A stretch of 64,000 bases of DNA from Hormiphora californensis (GCA_020137815.1 CM035350.1:930001-994000), one strand, 5' to 3'; shown: positions 31,861-49,915, numbered from the stretch's first letter. Notes: generated from the sequence alone by a model not told the origin. Translations and numbers: made by a program.

Positions 31861-34800
31861 TTAGAGAGACTGTACAACTGATGGCAGGGGTTATTGACAG
31901 GTGGTGTGTAAAGATTCCTGCTAAGGGGGGGGGGGTGACACGTAACACTTTGTAACATGTGCAGAAAACTTTTTGTGCACGTTACATGTTACAAAGTGTT
32001 ACAAAGTGTTACAAAGTGTTACAAAATGTTACAAAGTGTTACAAAATGTTACAAAGTGTTACAAAATGTTACAAAATGGGCATTTTTTGCAACATTTTGC
32101 AACATTTTGCAACATTTTGTAACACTTTGTAACACTTTGTAACACTTTGTAACGCTTGTAACACTTTGTAACATGTGCAGAAAATATTTTGTGCACGTTA
32201 CATGTTACAAAGTGTTACAAAGTGTTACGTGTCACCCCCCCCCCCTGCTAACTGAGCAGCTCAACAGTTTCCACACAATTCACAGTCTCCCTTAGCAAGT
32301 AGGCGAGTGCTGCAGAGAACATGTTCTTATAAAATCAACAACAAGTTAAGGGTACGCTAACCAAAAATTTTTTTCGAGTGCAGGGAAATCTCTCACCGCA
32401 GGGTTGTAGGCCATGCCAAGGAGACCTCAAATATGCAATTTTAGCCCTCAAGTCGAATTCATATTTTTGCTACAGCCGTTTTAAAATCGTCTTGAAAATT
32501 TCTGAAAAGACGTTTTTGATGCCCTAAAAATACATTTTCAGGGCTAGAAGCTTAAAATTTTGGGGATTTGAAGGGGATAGGAAGGTTTATCGAAACAAAA
32601 ATTTTTATTGAAATCGGTGATGATTTTCGGTCGTGAGATTGATTTAATTTTTTCCCTCTTAAAGGCCCTATTTAGCAAAGTTCCGAAAATTTGTGAAGGC
32701 TGTAAATTGGTGAAAAGTTGCGTCTAACGATTATCTAAGTGGCCACAAATTTTTGGCGTGTCCTTATTTGAGACAAGTTGTACAGAGCTTTTTTTGTGAA
32801 AGCCGTTTTTTTAGAAATAAAGAAATAGCCTGTATCTCAAAAACGACTGATTTTAGAGACCTGATACCAAGCTTAAACGATTCAGAAGGTCCAATTTTGG
32901 GGGGGTCTTCTGAGAGACATTTTTCTCCTACTTCAACGGTTTTCGCTGTAATTGCGAAAAACAAATCCTTTGAAGAGGGCAAAAGAGGAGTTCCGACAGC
33001 CTGCTTCGTGCTGCTTTTCCACCTTCTTGCTAAATCCTTTTTCGCAATTACAGCAAAAACCGTTGAAGTAGGAGAAAAATGTCTCTCAGAAGACCCCCCC
33101 AAAATTGGACCTTCTGAATCGTTTAAGCTTGGTCTCAGGTCTCTAAAATCAGTCGTTTTTGAGATACAGGCTATTTCTTGATTTCTAAAAAAACGGCTTT
33201 CACAAAAAAAGCTCTGTACAACTTGTCTCAAATAAGGACACGCCAAAAATTTGTGGCCACTTAGATAATCGTTAGACGCAACTTTTCACCAATTTACAGC
33301 CTTCACAAATTTTCGGAACTTTGCTAAATAGGGCCTTTAAGAGGGAAAAAATTAAATCAATCTCACGACCGAAAATCATCACCGATTTCAATAAAAATTT
33401 TTGTGTCGATAAACCTTCCTATCCCCTTCAAATCCCCAAAATTTTAAGCTTCTAGCCCTGAAAATGTATTTTTAGGGCATCAAAAACGTCTTTTCAGAAA
33501 TTTTCAAGACGATTTTAAAACGGCTGTAGCAAAAATATGAAAAAAAAATTTGGTTAGCGTACCCTTAAGGGTACGCTAACCAAATTTTTTTTTTTCGAGT
33601 GCAGGGAAATCTCTCACCGTAGGGTTGTAGGCCATGCCAAGGAGACCTCAAATATGCAATTTGAGCTCTCAAGTCGAATTCATATTTTTGCTACAGCTGC
33701 TTGAAAAATGAACTGAAAATAAGTTTTTGGCATCTCAAAAAATTTTTTTTAAAGATAGGAGCATGAAAATTTGGGGATTTGAAGAGGACATGAAGGTGAA
33801 TAACCACAAATTTTTTTTTGGCAATCCGAGCTGATTTCCGGTCCTGAGATGGATTTCTTTTTTTCCACTTTAACGCCCTATTTGGCAAAGTTCCGAAAAC
33901 ATGTGAAAGCTGTAAATTGGTGAAAAGTTGCGTCTAACGATTATCTAAGTGGCCATAAATTTTGGGCGTGTCCTTATTTGAGATAAGCTGTACAGAGTTT
34001 TTTTTTGTGAAAGCCGTCATTTCAGAAATAAATAAATTCCCTGTATCTCAAAAACGGCTGATCGTAGAGACCTGAGACTATGCTTAAACGATTCAGAAGG
34101 TCCGATTTTGGGGGGGTCTTCTGAGAGACATTTTGCTCCTACTTCAACCGTTTTTGCTGTAATTGCGAAAAACAAATTCTATGAAAAGGGCAAAAGCTAA
34201 ACTCCAATATCCTGTAATTAGGGAATTTTAGCTAAGAAAGGACCGAAACTATGGAAAAATGTGTAACAAGCTAATTCCTTCACTATTTGGTCCATATGGG
34301 TCCCTATAATCATCAAAAACAAAATCACAAAAAATCCACGATGGCGAAGATGGGTTTTTGTTTTTCGCAATTACAGCAAAAACGGTTGAAGTAGGAGCAA
34401 AATGTCTCTCAGAAGACCCCCCCCAAAATCGGACCTTCTGAATCGTTTAAGCATAGTCTCAGGTCTCTACGATCAGCCGTTTTTGAGATACAGGGAATTT
34501 ATTTATTTCTGAAATGACGGCTTTCACAAAAAAAACTCTGTACAGCTTATCTCAAATAAGGACACGCCCAAAATTTATGGCCACTTAGATAATCGTTAGA
34601 CGCAACTTTTCACCAATTTACAGCTTTCACATGTTTTCGGAACTTTGCCAAATAGGGGCGTTAAAGTGGAAAAAAAGAAATCCATCTCAGGACCGGAAAT
34701 CAGCTCGGATTGCCAAAAAAAAATTTGTGGTTATTCACCTTCATGTCCTCTTCAAATCCCCAAATTTTCATGCTCCTATCTTTAAAAAAAAATTTTTGAG

Positions 34801-36095
34801 ATGCCAAAAACTTATTTTCAGTTCATTTTTCAAGCAGCTGTAGCAAAAATATGAATTCGACTTGAGAGCTCAAATTGCATATTTGAGGTCTCCTTGGCAT
34901 GGCCTACAACCCTACGGTGAGAGATTTCCCTGCACTCGAAAAAAAATTTTTGGTTAGCGTACCCTTAAACAACACATTACCTGGCCTTCTTTGGTGCAGT
35001 ATCGGTGACCACGCTAAGTCCCTGATATTGGAGGTGGAGTTCTTCCCAGTTCTTTTTCAGTCCATCAAGGATATTCTGCCTCTCAGCAGCACTGATCTGG
35101 TTTAGGGCTCCTCTCTCCAATCTCTGCTGAATGTACTCGTCATACGACCTCTGATGCTCCTCCATCTGCTGCTTCCTCGTCTCCAGATATTTTGGCACCT
35201 TGCCATAATTGTCTTTCCTGACGAACTTGGGCACCAAACCGGAGTCCTGGGAAAGGGGAGTGGTTTACCGAAAATAGGCTGAGAAGATAACTGTACGTAT
35301 CTGGGTGGTTAAGGTACACTACTACACAACGAGTTGTACCTACCTCGACATTGTTAGTTGTGCCTCCCGGAGTATCTACATATTTAGGCTGAGGTTTCTT
35401 AGCAACAGACATGATATTCTCCACGGCGTTAGTATTGATAAAATTCTTGTTAGATTTCAGGCCCATGACTGGTTTCTCATCGATCTTGGGGACAGGCGGC
35501 CTCTTTTGATCAGCATTTGGTCTTACAAATTGTGTCCCTGAGAAAGAATGGTGTGAAATTGTAGTGTATGCCTGTAGAAGCTTGCTACACACGAACTGTC
35601 TGGCGGCGCCAGACCCCAATTTGATTCTCAACAGTGCGCTCAGATGGGTCGCGGCGCCAGACAGCACACGAACCGGTCTGTGTGTGCTGTTGCTGGGTTG
35701 CTATGGCAAAGGCCCGAGGGCGCGCGTTCTATCGCGCAATCTCCTCAACCTTGTCTCACAGAAACCCTTTCGCGCGTTCCATAACTTACTCTCTGGCAAC
35801 ACTGGCTCCTTGCCCCTCTTCTTGGCAAACGTCTGGGGGTCGTTGGGAGACACTTTGGCGGGACCCTGAAAGAATATTAAGTGAGTGTACTCGAAAGTTA
35901 AAAGAAAAAAGATGATTATTAGGAAATGAGTTCATCCACCCCTTTCCAGTTTCCACTCACCATTGTTTTTGATATGGATTTCTTCTGTTTCAGCTCATCT
36001 TTCACATTTTCATGAAACACTGACACATATCGATCATTCTTGGACTCCGGGTGGGCGACGGTAGGCAAAAGATTGTAGATGCTTTCTTCGACCAT
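31566..36095 (-). CDS. ENKUR: Enkurin (ciliary doublet microtubule inner protein); 5 exons (about 36095-35961, 35866-35790, 35540-35345, 35248-34981, 31659-31566)
   Basis: MVEESIYNLLP..KTM/GPAKV, KNFINTNAVENIMSVAKKP, YGKVPKYL, GLKKNWEELHLQYQGLSVVTDT, RKERMEAEMRQLEKDIETVEKHKIIYV. Confidence 0.92.
31925..32245. mobile_element. MITE with G-run/C-run termini, built from 10-bp TGTTACAAAG repeats
   Basis: TIR G11-TGACACGTAACAC; flanking direct repeat TGCTAA (or CCTGCTAA) on both sides. Confidence 0.75.
32350..33564. mobile_element. Kolobok-like foldback element (TTAA TSD, GG..CC termini), copy 1
   Basis: TTAA-GGGTACGCTAACC ... GGTTAGCGTACCC-TTAA; long inverted arms; right arm carries a subterminal deletion. 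Confidence 0.85.
33569..34964. mobile_element. Kolobok-like foldback element, copy 2 (related subfamily), sharing a TTAA with copy 1
   Basis: Same termini; TTAA at 33565-33568 and 34965-34968; about 600-bp inverted arms around a short unique core. Confidence 0.85.
35697..35710. promoter_or_regulatory. RFX X-box-like motif in ENKUR intron 2
   Basis: GTTGCTATGGCAAA, one mismatch from GTTGCTATGGCAAC. Confidence 0.4.
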
Positions 36096-36352
36096 TTTGC
36101 TGACACTATAAACAGAAAGGAGGGTGAGTTTTGAACATTAGACTCGCTAATATTAGACAAAATTAAAACCTTGGTAAAAACTTCTAAAATCATCTTACAA
36201 CACAAGTTACACTTCAGTAAAGAATCGATAATTTCTTTTTACAAGTTCAGTCTCTGTACACATATTGGGATCTATACAAGTTCAGTCTCTGTACACATGT
36301 CGGGCTTGGTACAGGGTGTGATTGAATTGAGGAGAGAATTAGGAATGATTGT

Positions 36353-37892
36353 TCAACTCTCAATGGCCAGGAGTTTATCCTGTAATTTCTGCTGATTGAT
36401 AACATGTTCATTTGTCTGTTCAACATGCACCATAGAACCATCCTGTGGTATTGGAGGGAGACTTGGTCCCGCATCCTCCTCATCCTTCCTCTTTACCAGA
36501 CCATTCATCTCAGCAAAGAGAATCCTCAAAACCTTCTCCTTCTGTTCCCAGGTGAGGTCACTAATGTCCATTGATCCATCTACATGCTCAAACCTCTCTG
36601 CCTCCTCAAGGTCACTGTACACACTGTTAGTGCTGTGTGGTAACTTCCTGAATGTCCGTGTTTTAGGGAAGGGAGCCTTGCCTTGCTGGGCCTGTAACAT
36701 GCGAGAGTGGTAGGCCGCCTCCGCATCTCTCCTGTATTGGGCCCTATTAGCTTGAATCTCTTCCTTTACTTGCGTGAGGGCGGCGAGAAAAAACTGTTCA
36801 GTTTCAGTTCTCTGATCCAGGACTCTCTTGCCCAGTCTCTTGATGTGTTTCAACTTCTTGCTCCTTCATTTGCAGAGCCTTCTGAAGGGTAGATACATCT
36901 TGTTGACTGTTGTAGCAGCTCTGCATCAGCACTGCCTAATTATCCTCTCCCTATCTTGCTCTGAAGTGTCCAGAACCTCGGCTAACTTTCTCTCTAGCGC
37001 CTCAATCCTCTCCTGTTTCTCTTTCAGCCCTTTCCTCTGACTCTTCACCTGTTGAACCTTCTCCTTAGTGATATTCTCGTTCATTTCCTGATTGGCGGTG
37101 AGATTCTCAACTCTGTTCGTCAGATCAGCCAGGGTCTTCTTTAGCTCCTCACTCTCCTTCATAGTGCAGGGAGAGTGACTCTGTTAGTCTCACATTCTCC
37201 CTGTATATATTCCGAGTTGTCTCGTCCAAGTTCTGAACAGCCTCGTTGTGAGCTCGCTCAGCAAGTTCTGCTATCTGCCGTGATGCTTCTGATTGCAGCC
37301 TCAACTTCTCTTCAAAGTATTTGTGTTCAATGCTATTGATTCCTTCCCGAGCCTGTTTCCGTTCTTGAAACAGCAAGTCTCTCATCTCGTCCAATTCATG
37401 CTGCATCTCGTTTTTCTTTCTCCTAAACTCCTTGATTTGCATCAGCTCATCCTGCATTAGCTGAGCTTCCTTCTTTTTCTCTGACAAGTTCTTTTCCAGT
37501 GTGTTGATTTGATATGTGAAATCCTCGATAAGAGCTTCCCTGTCCTTTCTAGATTCTTGTTTCAAGTTCTTCAATTGTCCCTGGAGCTGCTCGATCATTT
37601 GATCCTTTGTGAGATCCTCCTTCTTCAAATATGATATCACCTCAATTGTGTCCCGCTCTGTCGAGGACATCTGAGTCTGTAACAGGTCATTTTCAACCAA
37701 CAATTTGCGAGCCTTGTCGCGGTATTCTGAACGGGACTTCTCAGTAGCATCAAGTTTACATTCAAGGATTTGGTTGCGTGTAACTCCTTCAAGATCCAGA
37801 TCCCGTCCCTTGTTGGGCGACTTACTTTTCTGTGATTTACTCTTCGACTTTTTGTCACCCTTTTTCTTACCCTTCTTCCCCTTTTTCGCCAT
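36353..37892 (-). CDS. BBOF1: Basal body-orientation factor 1 (CCDC176); apparently intronless, broken by several single-base insertions
   Basis: K-rich N-terminus, VISYLKKED, FEEKLRLQSEA..LAERAHNEAVQNL, VLDQRTETEQFFLAAL, DISDLTWEQKEKVLRILFAEMNG. Confidence 0.9.
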
Positions 37893-38309
37893 GACTTTCT
37901 GAAGTATTTAAAAATGTAAATGAGCAACTTAAAATTAAATTGTAAACTAAATGTCTTGTCGCATGAAGGTGGAGGAATTAAAACAGAACCAATTGAGGTC
38001 CGATAATGCCGCGAAAAAGCAATCTCAGCCAACACAAAATAAGAAATATATTTGCCTTGTGATAACAGAAATGAATGAAGAACAATGATGCAAAACTGTA
38101 AAGTGTAAATTTTACCCGCCCATCCAACTGGATGAATCAGGACACAAGTATTACGTCTGAAAGAAGATATCGGATAGTTCAAAAGGTGCATTACGGCCTC
38201 CCGTGCAAGTTGCACCCACGAGAAGCTATCAGCTATCATACTCACAACAGTGTCAGATTTGTCTCTGAGTCACTTTTCTGGCAGTGAATTACGTATCTGG
38301 CGGTGCTAT

Positions 38310-38572
38310 TATTAGGGGAAACTCTAACTGAATGCCCGCACAGTAATGGCGTCCCATCACTGGTAAAAATCTAACTGATAATGGGAGTCATCACTCTGTG
38401 CGCGCCAGGATTTGCCACAAATTTTGCCAAAAAAAGGCTTTTACGTAGCGCGTGATGACAAAGACACGAACATGTTCGCGCGTTCTTCCATCATTCCGTC
38501 CATTCAATTAGAGTTTTACCAGTGATGGGACGCCATTACTGCGCGGGCATTCTGTTAGAGTTTCCCCTAATA
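38310..38572. mobile_element. MITE, about 260 bp with about 65-bp TIRs
   Basis: TATTAGGGGAAACTCTAAC..GGCGTCCCATCACTGGTAAAA and its inverse. Confidence 0.8.
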
Positions 38573-38582
38573 CAAGGGTAAC

Positions 38583-39365
38583 TAGGGTAAACCGGGGCAA
38601 AATGGTTAACTTTTTACTTAATCGGTTCTCACTCCCATTTAAAAAAAGATACAATGAAAAAAATTATATAGGATTAAAGTTCATTATTTTATCTTTCAAA
38701 TAAGATAAATTTCAACTCTAGGGACCATCATTTACTTAACTAAATAACTAATTTAAAAATTTTGGTCGGAAAAAATGGTACCGGGGCAATTCGGACAACA
38801 CCAATAGGAGTGCTTTATTTCGTCACGTGGGAGTCACGTGAACGTCCTCACAACACCAGAAGAAGATTCCCGCCTGGTGTTGTTAGAGGTGGGGGCAATT
38901 CGAACAATGTAATCTACACGCAATCTACACGCTGGTCGTTCTTGTTCGAATTGCTCCGGTATCACGCGTGATCACGTGGTACAAAGAACTGCACATCATT
39001 GGCCCGGGAGTTAACCAAATTGCCCCGGTGTGTTAACCAAATTGCCCATGTTCGAATTGCCCCGGTTGTTCGAATTGCCCCGGTAATCTTAATTTACCAG
39101 AATTTTGAATGAAAACATGCGAATATTTAAATTATTTTTATACCATCTGAAAGCTGATATTATTAGCTTTCAGCTGGTTTTTTCAAATCGGAAATTGACC
39201 AACTTAAACCGGATCTAGAGCCTATTTAGTGGTAACGGGCAGGCTCGAACGAGCAGTTTTCTTCTGGAGATAGGATGACGTCATTATGATAGCTTAACTA
39301 GGTGAGAGACGGGCAGTACTATGTTCGAATTGCCCCGGTTGTTCGAATTGCCCCGGTTTACCCTA
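38583..39365. mobile_element. MITE with TA-flanked TIRs and repeated TTGCCCCGG subterminal motifs
   Basis: TAGGGTAAACCGGGGCAA ... TTGCCCCGGTTTACCCTA. Confidence 0.75.
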
Positions 39366-40324
39366 CTAATAACTAAATAGTAGGTGGAAGCCAGGAGGTA
39401 GTCCAGATACTTCGGAGTTTGGATCACGGATGGATGTAGGGAACGCAATATAAATAAAATATCTAAAGGACTCCTGCAGCAGGAAATGAAAGGAGACCCA
39501 TTGCGTTTCCTGCTGTGGGAGTCCGTTGAACTTTTTGTAGGCTAAAACGTTTGGTCCCTTGAGACTTCTGAAATAAGTTAAGCTTTCAAGAGATTCCGTT
39601 AAGTTTTGGCAAATGCTACTGGCCGTATTGGCAGCACGGGATAAGGCATCGCTTTTCAACATGAACGATGAACGGTCAAAAGACGATTTTTCAAAAAGTC
39701 GGACCGCGTTTTTGATTTTTTGAGACAAAATTAAAATCAAAACTTTCAAAATAACGATTTATGTGCGCGGCGCAAATTTTTCAGTGCGCGGCGTCTCTTT
39801 GAGCCGCGCGGCGCGTGAATTTATTTTTCGAAGCTTCAAAAAATAAAAAAACTCAAGAACAGTTTCACAAATTTTTTGAACCTTGGAATGCGCTGCAGCC
39901 CCCTCATGCGCGCACCCCCGCAACGAGGTATTATATTATAAGGGGCCTGCAACGTATGCCAATTTTGAACCCGGAAACTGCTTCTGCTTCCCGCTCCCGC
40001 TCTAGTTGTCGCTGTATCCGCCTATCACCCATCTCACAGCCTTGATATTAACGATTGAAAGTCACAGGAGTAATAATAGGACTTAAAAAGTTACTAAATT
40101 ATCGTCATCAATAAATATGCCTCAGAATATTGCCACCGATCGTGCGTGCGTGCTTTTCCAAACTTGATCTTACTCGTTTCACTTTGCCATACGCACAGGC
40201 AATAGTTTTGTTTGAAGGTTGGTTTTGCGGGGTTTGTCTCGGTTCTTTGGGTTTGGTCTGGCAGCATGATTCATGTTCTCAACTTACTTTGTACTCTTTA
40301 ATCTTTAGTTCAATTTCTTAGGCT

Positions 40325-44831
<4,507 letters not shown>

Positions 44832-45869
44832 AACTAGGCCCACCTTCCACAAACTCTTATCTTCTCTCTCTCTCGCCCTCTCCCTCTAGTAACTTATATG
44901 CAACTCTCGGGGTAATATAATGAAGTGTTATGTACGATATGGCTGCTGGCGGTTTTATCGTTTTATGAATTTACCATGCAGTGCTGGGTAGTGCAGCGTA
45001 CAATGTACCGAGTTTGATTGTGAAATATATTGACATCTACCGTTGGAATTGTGTATGAGAAATATGAGGTTACTAGGATAATATGCCTCTTCTGATGTGT
45101 GTTTTGTAAGTGTAGATTCCACTAATTTTCTAAAAACCAAAATCCCGACTCTTTCATTTGATTACAATTGGTGAAGTTATTGGACGATTTCCTGCTCAAT
45201 TGATGTGCCGGCGCGAAGCGGAAAACATCTTTAAACTAGCGGAAATCGTCCACATTTGTATTGAAAGTACCCCTGAGTTGGCGCGCACGTGAGATTGTGT
45301 GGCGCGCACTCTGGAATACAGGGTGTCTGCCACATGTGCGCTGATCCAGGGTCTCTGAAGATCCTGACTAAAAATAGAATCAAAACAGGATTGCTCGGAG
45401 AACCTTGGAGGGTATCTTGAGAGGTTTGTAGTGAACAGGGTATTATTCAGAGCCAATGACGCCACGTTACGTACAGAATAGGGAATTTGTTTGGCGGTAT
45501 GGGTATTTTCGTCTCGGACTCACGGCTGGGTTTGGACAGATCCCGACCGGTTAAGTGGTTTACTATAGTAGTATGCTACTAGGCTTACTTAGGCTAGTGT
45601 ATCGCATCGCTCTACCCACATTCATAGGCAATACATATCCAAAAATAGGGGAAAGAGGTGTGTTCAATGGAAATGGAATTGGGCTGCTACTATACTGCTA
45701 GTTTTGCGTTGCCTAACTTACAGAATCCACTCATATTGAGCTAGAAAGCATTAATCCTGTAGATAGGAATCAAAAGTCCAGAGGAATTAAGCGGAAGGAC
45801 ATTTAAATGCTGGTTTATCTAAGTTGCACGTGCGGAAGAGCCATTACATACCACATAGAAGACAGATCA

Positions 45870-46042
45870 GTAACCTATAGCAACGCACGTGGTTACCTCC
45901 ACAAACAGAGTCTTTCTCTCTCTTTGATTTTACTTTCTCTCTGTTTTGTGTCGTCTCCTCTGTGACGATTTGTGTGTGACAGCTCAACCCAGGGAGGCCT
46001 TCATCGCGTTCTACAGTAGGTAAGTTGAGCTTCCATGGCAAC
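45870..46042. promoter_or_regulatory. Two RFX X-box-like motifs upstream of CFAP77
   Basis: GTAACC-TAT-AGCAAC (45870-45884) fits GTNRCC(N0-3)RGYAAC; GCTTCCATGGCAAC (46029-46042). Confidence 0.5.
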
Positions 46043-46651
46043 GCACACACGCTCCCTCTCACTAATTAATTATGCAGTATCACAAGAGCCATGGCATTTT
46101 GTACTATTTCCATTGAAAGCACTCTCCTGGAACTCCCATAGTCGGCATTCGTAGAACAGCAATCTAGCTCTAAGGACCTTGTAACCTCATCTTGCTTCAA
46201 CTTGTGTGACCTGAGGTGCCTGAAACTGTATCATGTTTCCGTGTGTTGACTCTGGAGCTGTAGCAGAGAGAAGGAACTGTGCTTTGCTCTCTATTTGCTA
46301 TCAAATCTCTGTTTTCTCTGCACTATATCTCTAGTCTTTCGACGGAAAGATTACTTTTTATCGACACTACCAGTTGTTCTCGCAGACTAGCTGCTGCAGC
46401 AATCTAAACCAATAACTTACTTCTCCGCTCTTAGTGTGCACAATATATTGTGTGCTTGACAGATTACATTGGAGTGGCCACACAATCGCTTTTTTAGAGA
46501 GAGAAGCACACCGTGAGAGGAGCTCTCGAGAAGTGAGAAGGAGAGCTGAGTAGAAAGTGAGAGCGAACTGCGAAATTCTGTCTATGTTTTGACATTTGCT
46601 AAACGCTGTTCATTCTTTGATAAACCAGTTCATCATCCTTTCAGTTAAACC

Positions 46652-47669
46652 ATGGCATACCAAGTGTATACCGACGAAGATATCGTGTTAGGAGAACCGA
46701 GGAATGCTCTAAACCCTCTCCTTGCCAAACCACCCCTCGGCAGACCTCTCACCCGCTGCTATATCAGCCCGTTCAACCCTGACGAGACCTTTGGACAAAC
46801 CTACAAGTTTAGCGACGGAGGTGTACCAGCTGCTCTAAACCACTTTCATCTGACAGAAATCAAACAAACCGCAAACCATCGATTTGAGGTAGGAGTAAAA
46901 TTCAACAGCTTTTCAAACACCTCACACCCTATCGTTGTGCCATCGTCTGATCCCGTCTTGCATATCTCGAAATTTTCTCAAAACATAATATTTCAGAAGG
47001 ATTTTATTACTCTTAACAAGCAAGCGGCCATTAGTGGAGGCGTCACGGGAGGGAGATCCAGTACTCTGCCGATTCCACTCGTCAGGACAAAGTGAGAAAT
47101 GCATTTTCTGTTATAGTGCAGTATAAGCCACTGATTCATTAGAGAATTGGGTTCGTCATGCATATGTGTACTATCCACCAGCAGTCATGCATTGCAATTC
47201 ATTCTCTCTTTGTTGCCAGGCAGCCGCAAGTGAAAGATGGTCCTCGTAAAATGTCGCCCGATTTTATGACTTTTGGCGTTCCTACGCGGCCTTCCACTCC
47301 AGTATATGACCTTCTTGAAAACAGGTTTGTGCTTTCACATTTAAGTTTCCTTGAAAGTTTCGTCCAAGGACCTTGGGCCACGGTTTATCTTTGTCTCTGT
47401 GTAGGTACCAAGACAGGTGGATCAGAGCTCAGCGAGAGGCGGAGCAGGTTCAGCGAGAGCAGGAGAAACAGGCCCGCCGTTTTGTAAACAGTGGCAGTGT
47501 TCACCACACCAGAACATCCTTATTAAGGAGAGAGAAAGTGAGCACGGCCAATCCAAATCAGCCAAGATTATGGCACATGGCAAAGTGGGGTAGGGTGCAA
47601 CCTTTCTTGGATACATACCCAAAGAGCAAGTCAAGAAGGGTCGGGAGCGGACGGCTTGGGACTGCTTGA
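46652..47669 (+). CDS. CFAP77: Cilia- and flagella-associated protein 77 (C9orf171), about 4 exons
   Basis: NPLLAKPPLG, DGGVPAAL, DFITLNKQA, MTFGVPTRPSTPVYDLLENRYQDRW, TRTSLLR, LWHMAKW..VQPFLDT. Confidence 0.85.
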
Positions 47670-47876
47670 TTTTGTGTACAGAATTGTGTAGACGCCTGAA
47701 ATTAATTACTGATAATATGACCAGTTTACTGAGCTCAATAGTATTCTCCCTCATACTAATTATCAATTATCGCTATGATTTTATTTCCATGTTCAATATT
47801 TAAGACCATATTATTTGACTCAAGAGTTCTCTATCCCATTTCCCATAACCCGCCCTTGTAATAGCATGGAATAATA

Positions 47877-48710
47877 ATGATAACCAACGACTATGCAAGA
47901 CTTGTCACGACCAGTCAATGGTCCTACCCCAAGCCCTGCTCGAAACCTGGGTAAGAGCTCAACATTATCTCTTCTACAACTCGCACATCACATCTGTTTA
48001 CCTCCCAATTCCATCCAGGTACCAGGGTTACATTCCAACGGTAAACCACATGTTTGGGGAGACATTCGGGAACGCAACAGAGAAATACTTCCTCGACTAC
48101 CGAAGCAAGACCCTGGCAAGCTCAGCATCTCCCAGACCAAAGGTACAACACGACATATCAGCCATTAGGATTATATTAGTTTCGGGTTTTTTCTGTTTTT
48201 GACTTTGTTGACCCATCTACTCTTTCTGCAGGGTGGTGCGCCCATTGTTGAGTTCCCTAAGATTTATACAGATCCCCGTTTGGTTGTGGGAACAAGGGAC
48301 CGCACCACAGAAAGATGGAGAAGTCCACCGACCTACAAGACCCTCAACTATTCCCACGACCTCTCGAACCGGAACCAAGACATCCAGAAATTGAATAGGG
48401 TGGGTACTAGTTAGGGTGGGGTCGGGCCAGTCTGCGTGGGGTGGGGGTTATATGCATGTCGAACTACGTGTGCTACTACCATTTGATTAGTTGCAATAGG
48501 TGAAGCTGGCACCATTTCAACATTTCTCCCTGCCAAGTTCACCGTCACCAAGTCTCCTTCATCCCTTAGGATTTGATACAGAAGCAGAGAGATTTGTACA
48601 AAGACAGAACGGGGATAAAACCTAGGATGCCCTTCTTTGTGCTTCCTACGCCCACCGATTGCGATCGGTTTAGGAAAATGAACAAATACTCTACACAGAA
48701 CATGAGACGG
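47877..48710 (+). CDS. CIMIP2C: FAM166C/C2orf70 (CIMIP2C)-like ciliary microtubule inner protein; 3' end runs into low-quality sequence
   Basis: PGYQGYIPTVNHMFGETFGNATEKYFLDYRS (PYG-type repeat), ERWRSPPTY, QKQRDLYKDRTGIKPRMPFFVLP. Confidence 0.8.
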
Positions 48711-48899
48711 TATGTAGTTTTCATTTATCAGGTAATTTCTGCCTGCTATTATCTGTGTGAACGTGTTGGGTGAGTCATTTTATACCACTGGACAGATATT
48801 AATTGGACATTGACGTGTACTTCCCCCTTCGAGAATTACAGTTTTCATGTGGTTTAGCTCATTATCCCCGCCCGCAATTACCCCCCTTTTCCCAGGGAG

Positions 48900-49915
48900 G
48901 CTGGTGCTACCAAGACTGCGGTGAAGTTTGCCCTGAACGGTCGGGATCTTCAGGACCTGCACGCCGTTAAACAAGGAATTTTTCCCCAAAAAAGGCCCCA
49001 AATTTCACATGGGAATATTTTTTGGGTTTTTTTTCTTTTTTTGGAGGCCCCTTTCTTTTTAGGGGGGGCCCCTTTGTTTTTTGAAATTTAAAAACCCCTT
49101 TTTTGGGGCCCCCCAAAAAAATGGGGGTCCCCCCCAAAAGCCCTCAACTTTCCCCACCCCTCTCCCCCCAAAACTCCAAAATTTTTTTATTTGGGGGGGG
49201 GCCCCCTTTTTTGTTTTTCCTCTCTCTCCATTTGTTTTCTTTTTCCCCCTTTCCCTTTTCTCCCTCCAAATTCCCTCCCTCCTTCTCCCTTTTTTCCTTT
49301 TTTTCCCCCAAAATTAAAACTTGCCTTTTTTTCCCCCCCCCCCTTCCTTTTAAAATTTAAAAATTTTTCCCCCTAAGGTATTATTTAAAAAAACAGGAAT
49401 TTTGCTCTTTTTGTGTGAAGGGGGTTTTATTTTTATACCAGGCGAAAAATGGAACCCCCTTACCCCTTAAATTACTTTTCATTTTTTCTCTTTTCCCCCC
49501 CGAAACCCCCTTTTCCCGGGGGTGGGGCTACCAAACGCTAAGTTTCCCAATTTCATTTAAACCCCGATTTTTTTAAAAAACCAAGTTTGGGGGGAGGTTT
49601 TTTAAAAATTCCTTTAACATATTAAAAAGGGGAAAAAACCCTTTTTTTAAATACCACCTAGGAATTTTTTTTTTAAAAAAACTTTTTCTGTGAAAAAAAT
49701 TAAAGCTTTTTGTTCCCGTTCCCCCAAAAAATTTTCCTTTTTAAACACAAAATGGAAGAAAGGGGGAACCCGAAGGGGAAGGGGAAATGTTTCCCTTTTT
49801 TCCCCCCCCCCTTTTTTGGGGGGGTTTAAACCCCGGGTTTTTCCCCGTTTTTTTTTAAAATTTTTTCCCCCCCCCTTTTTAAAAGGGCCCAAAAAAAAGG
49901 GGGAAAAACCCCCCC

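Noticed and set aside
36353-37892. BBOF1, ATP6V1B and GAL3ST as pseudogenes
   Set aside because: Protein conservation is otherwise high and indels affect many unrelated genes, which points to assembly error
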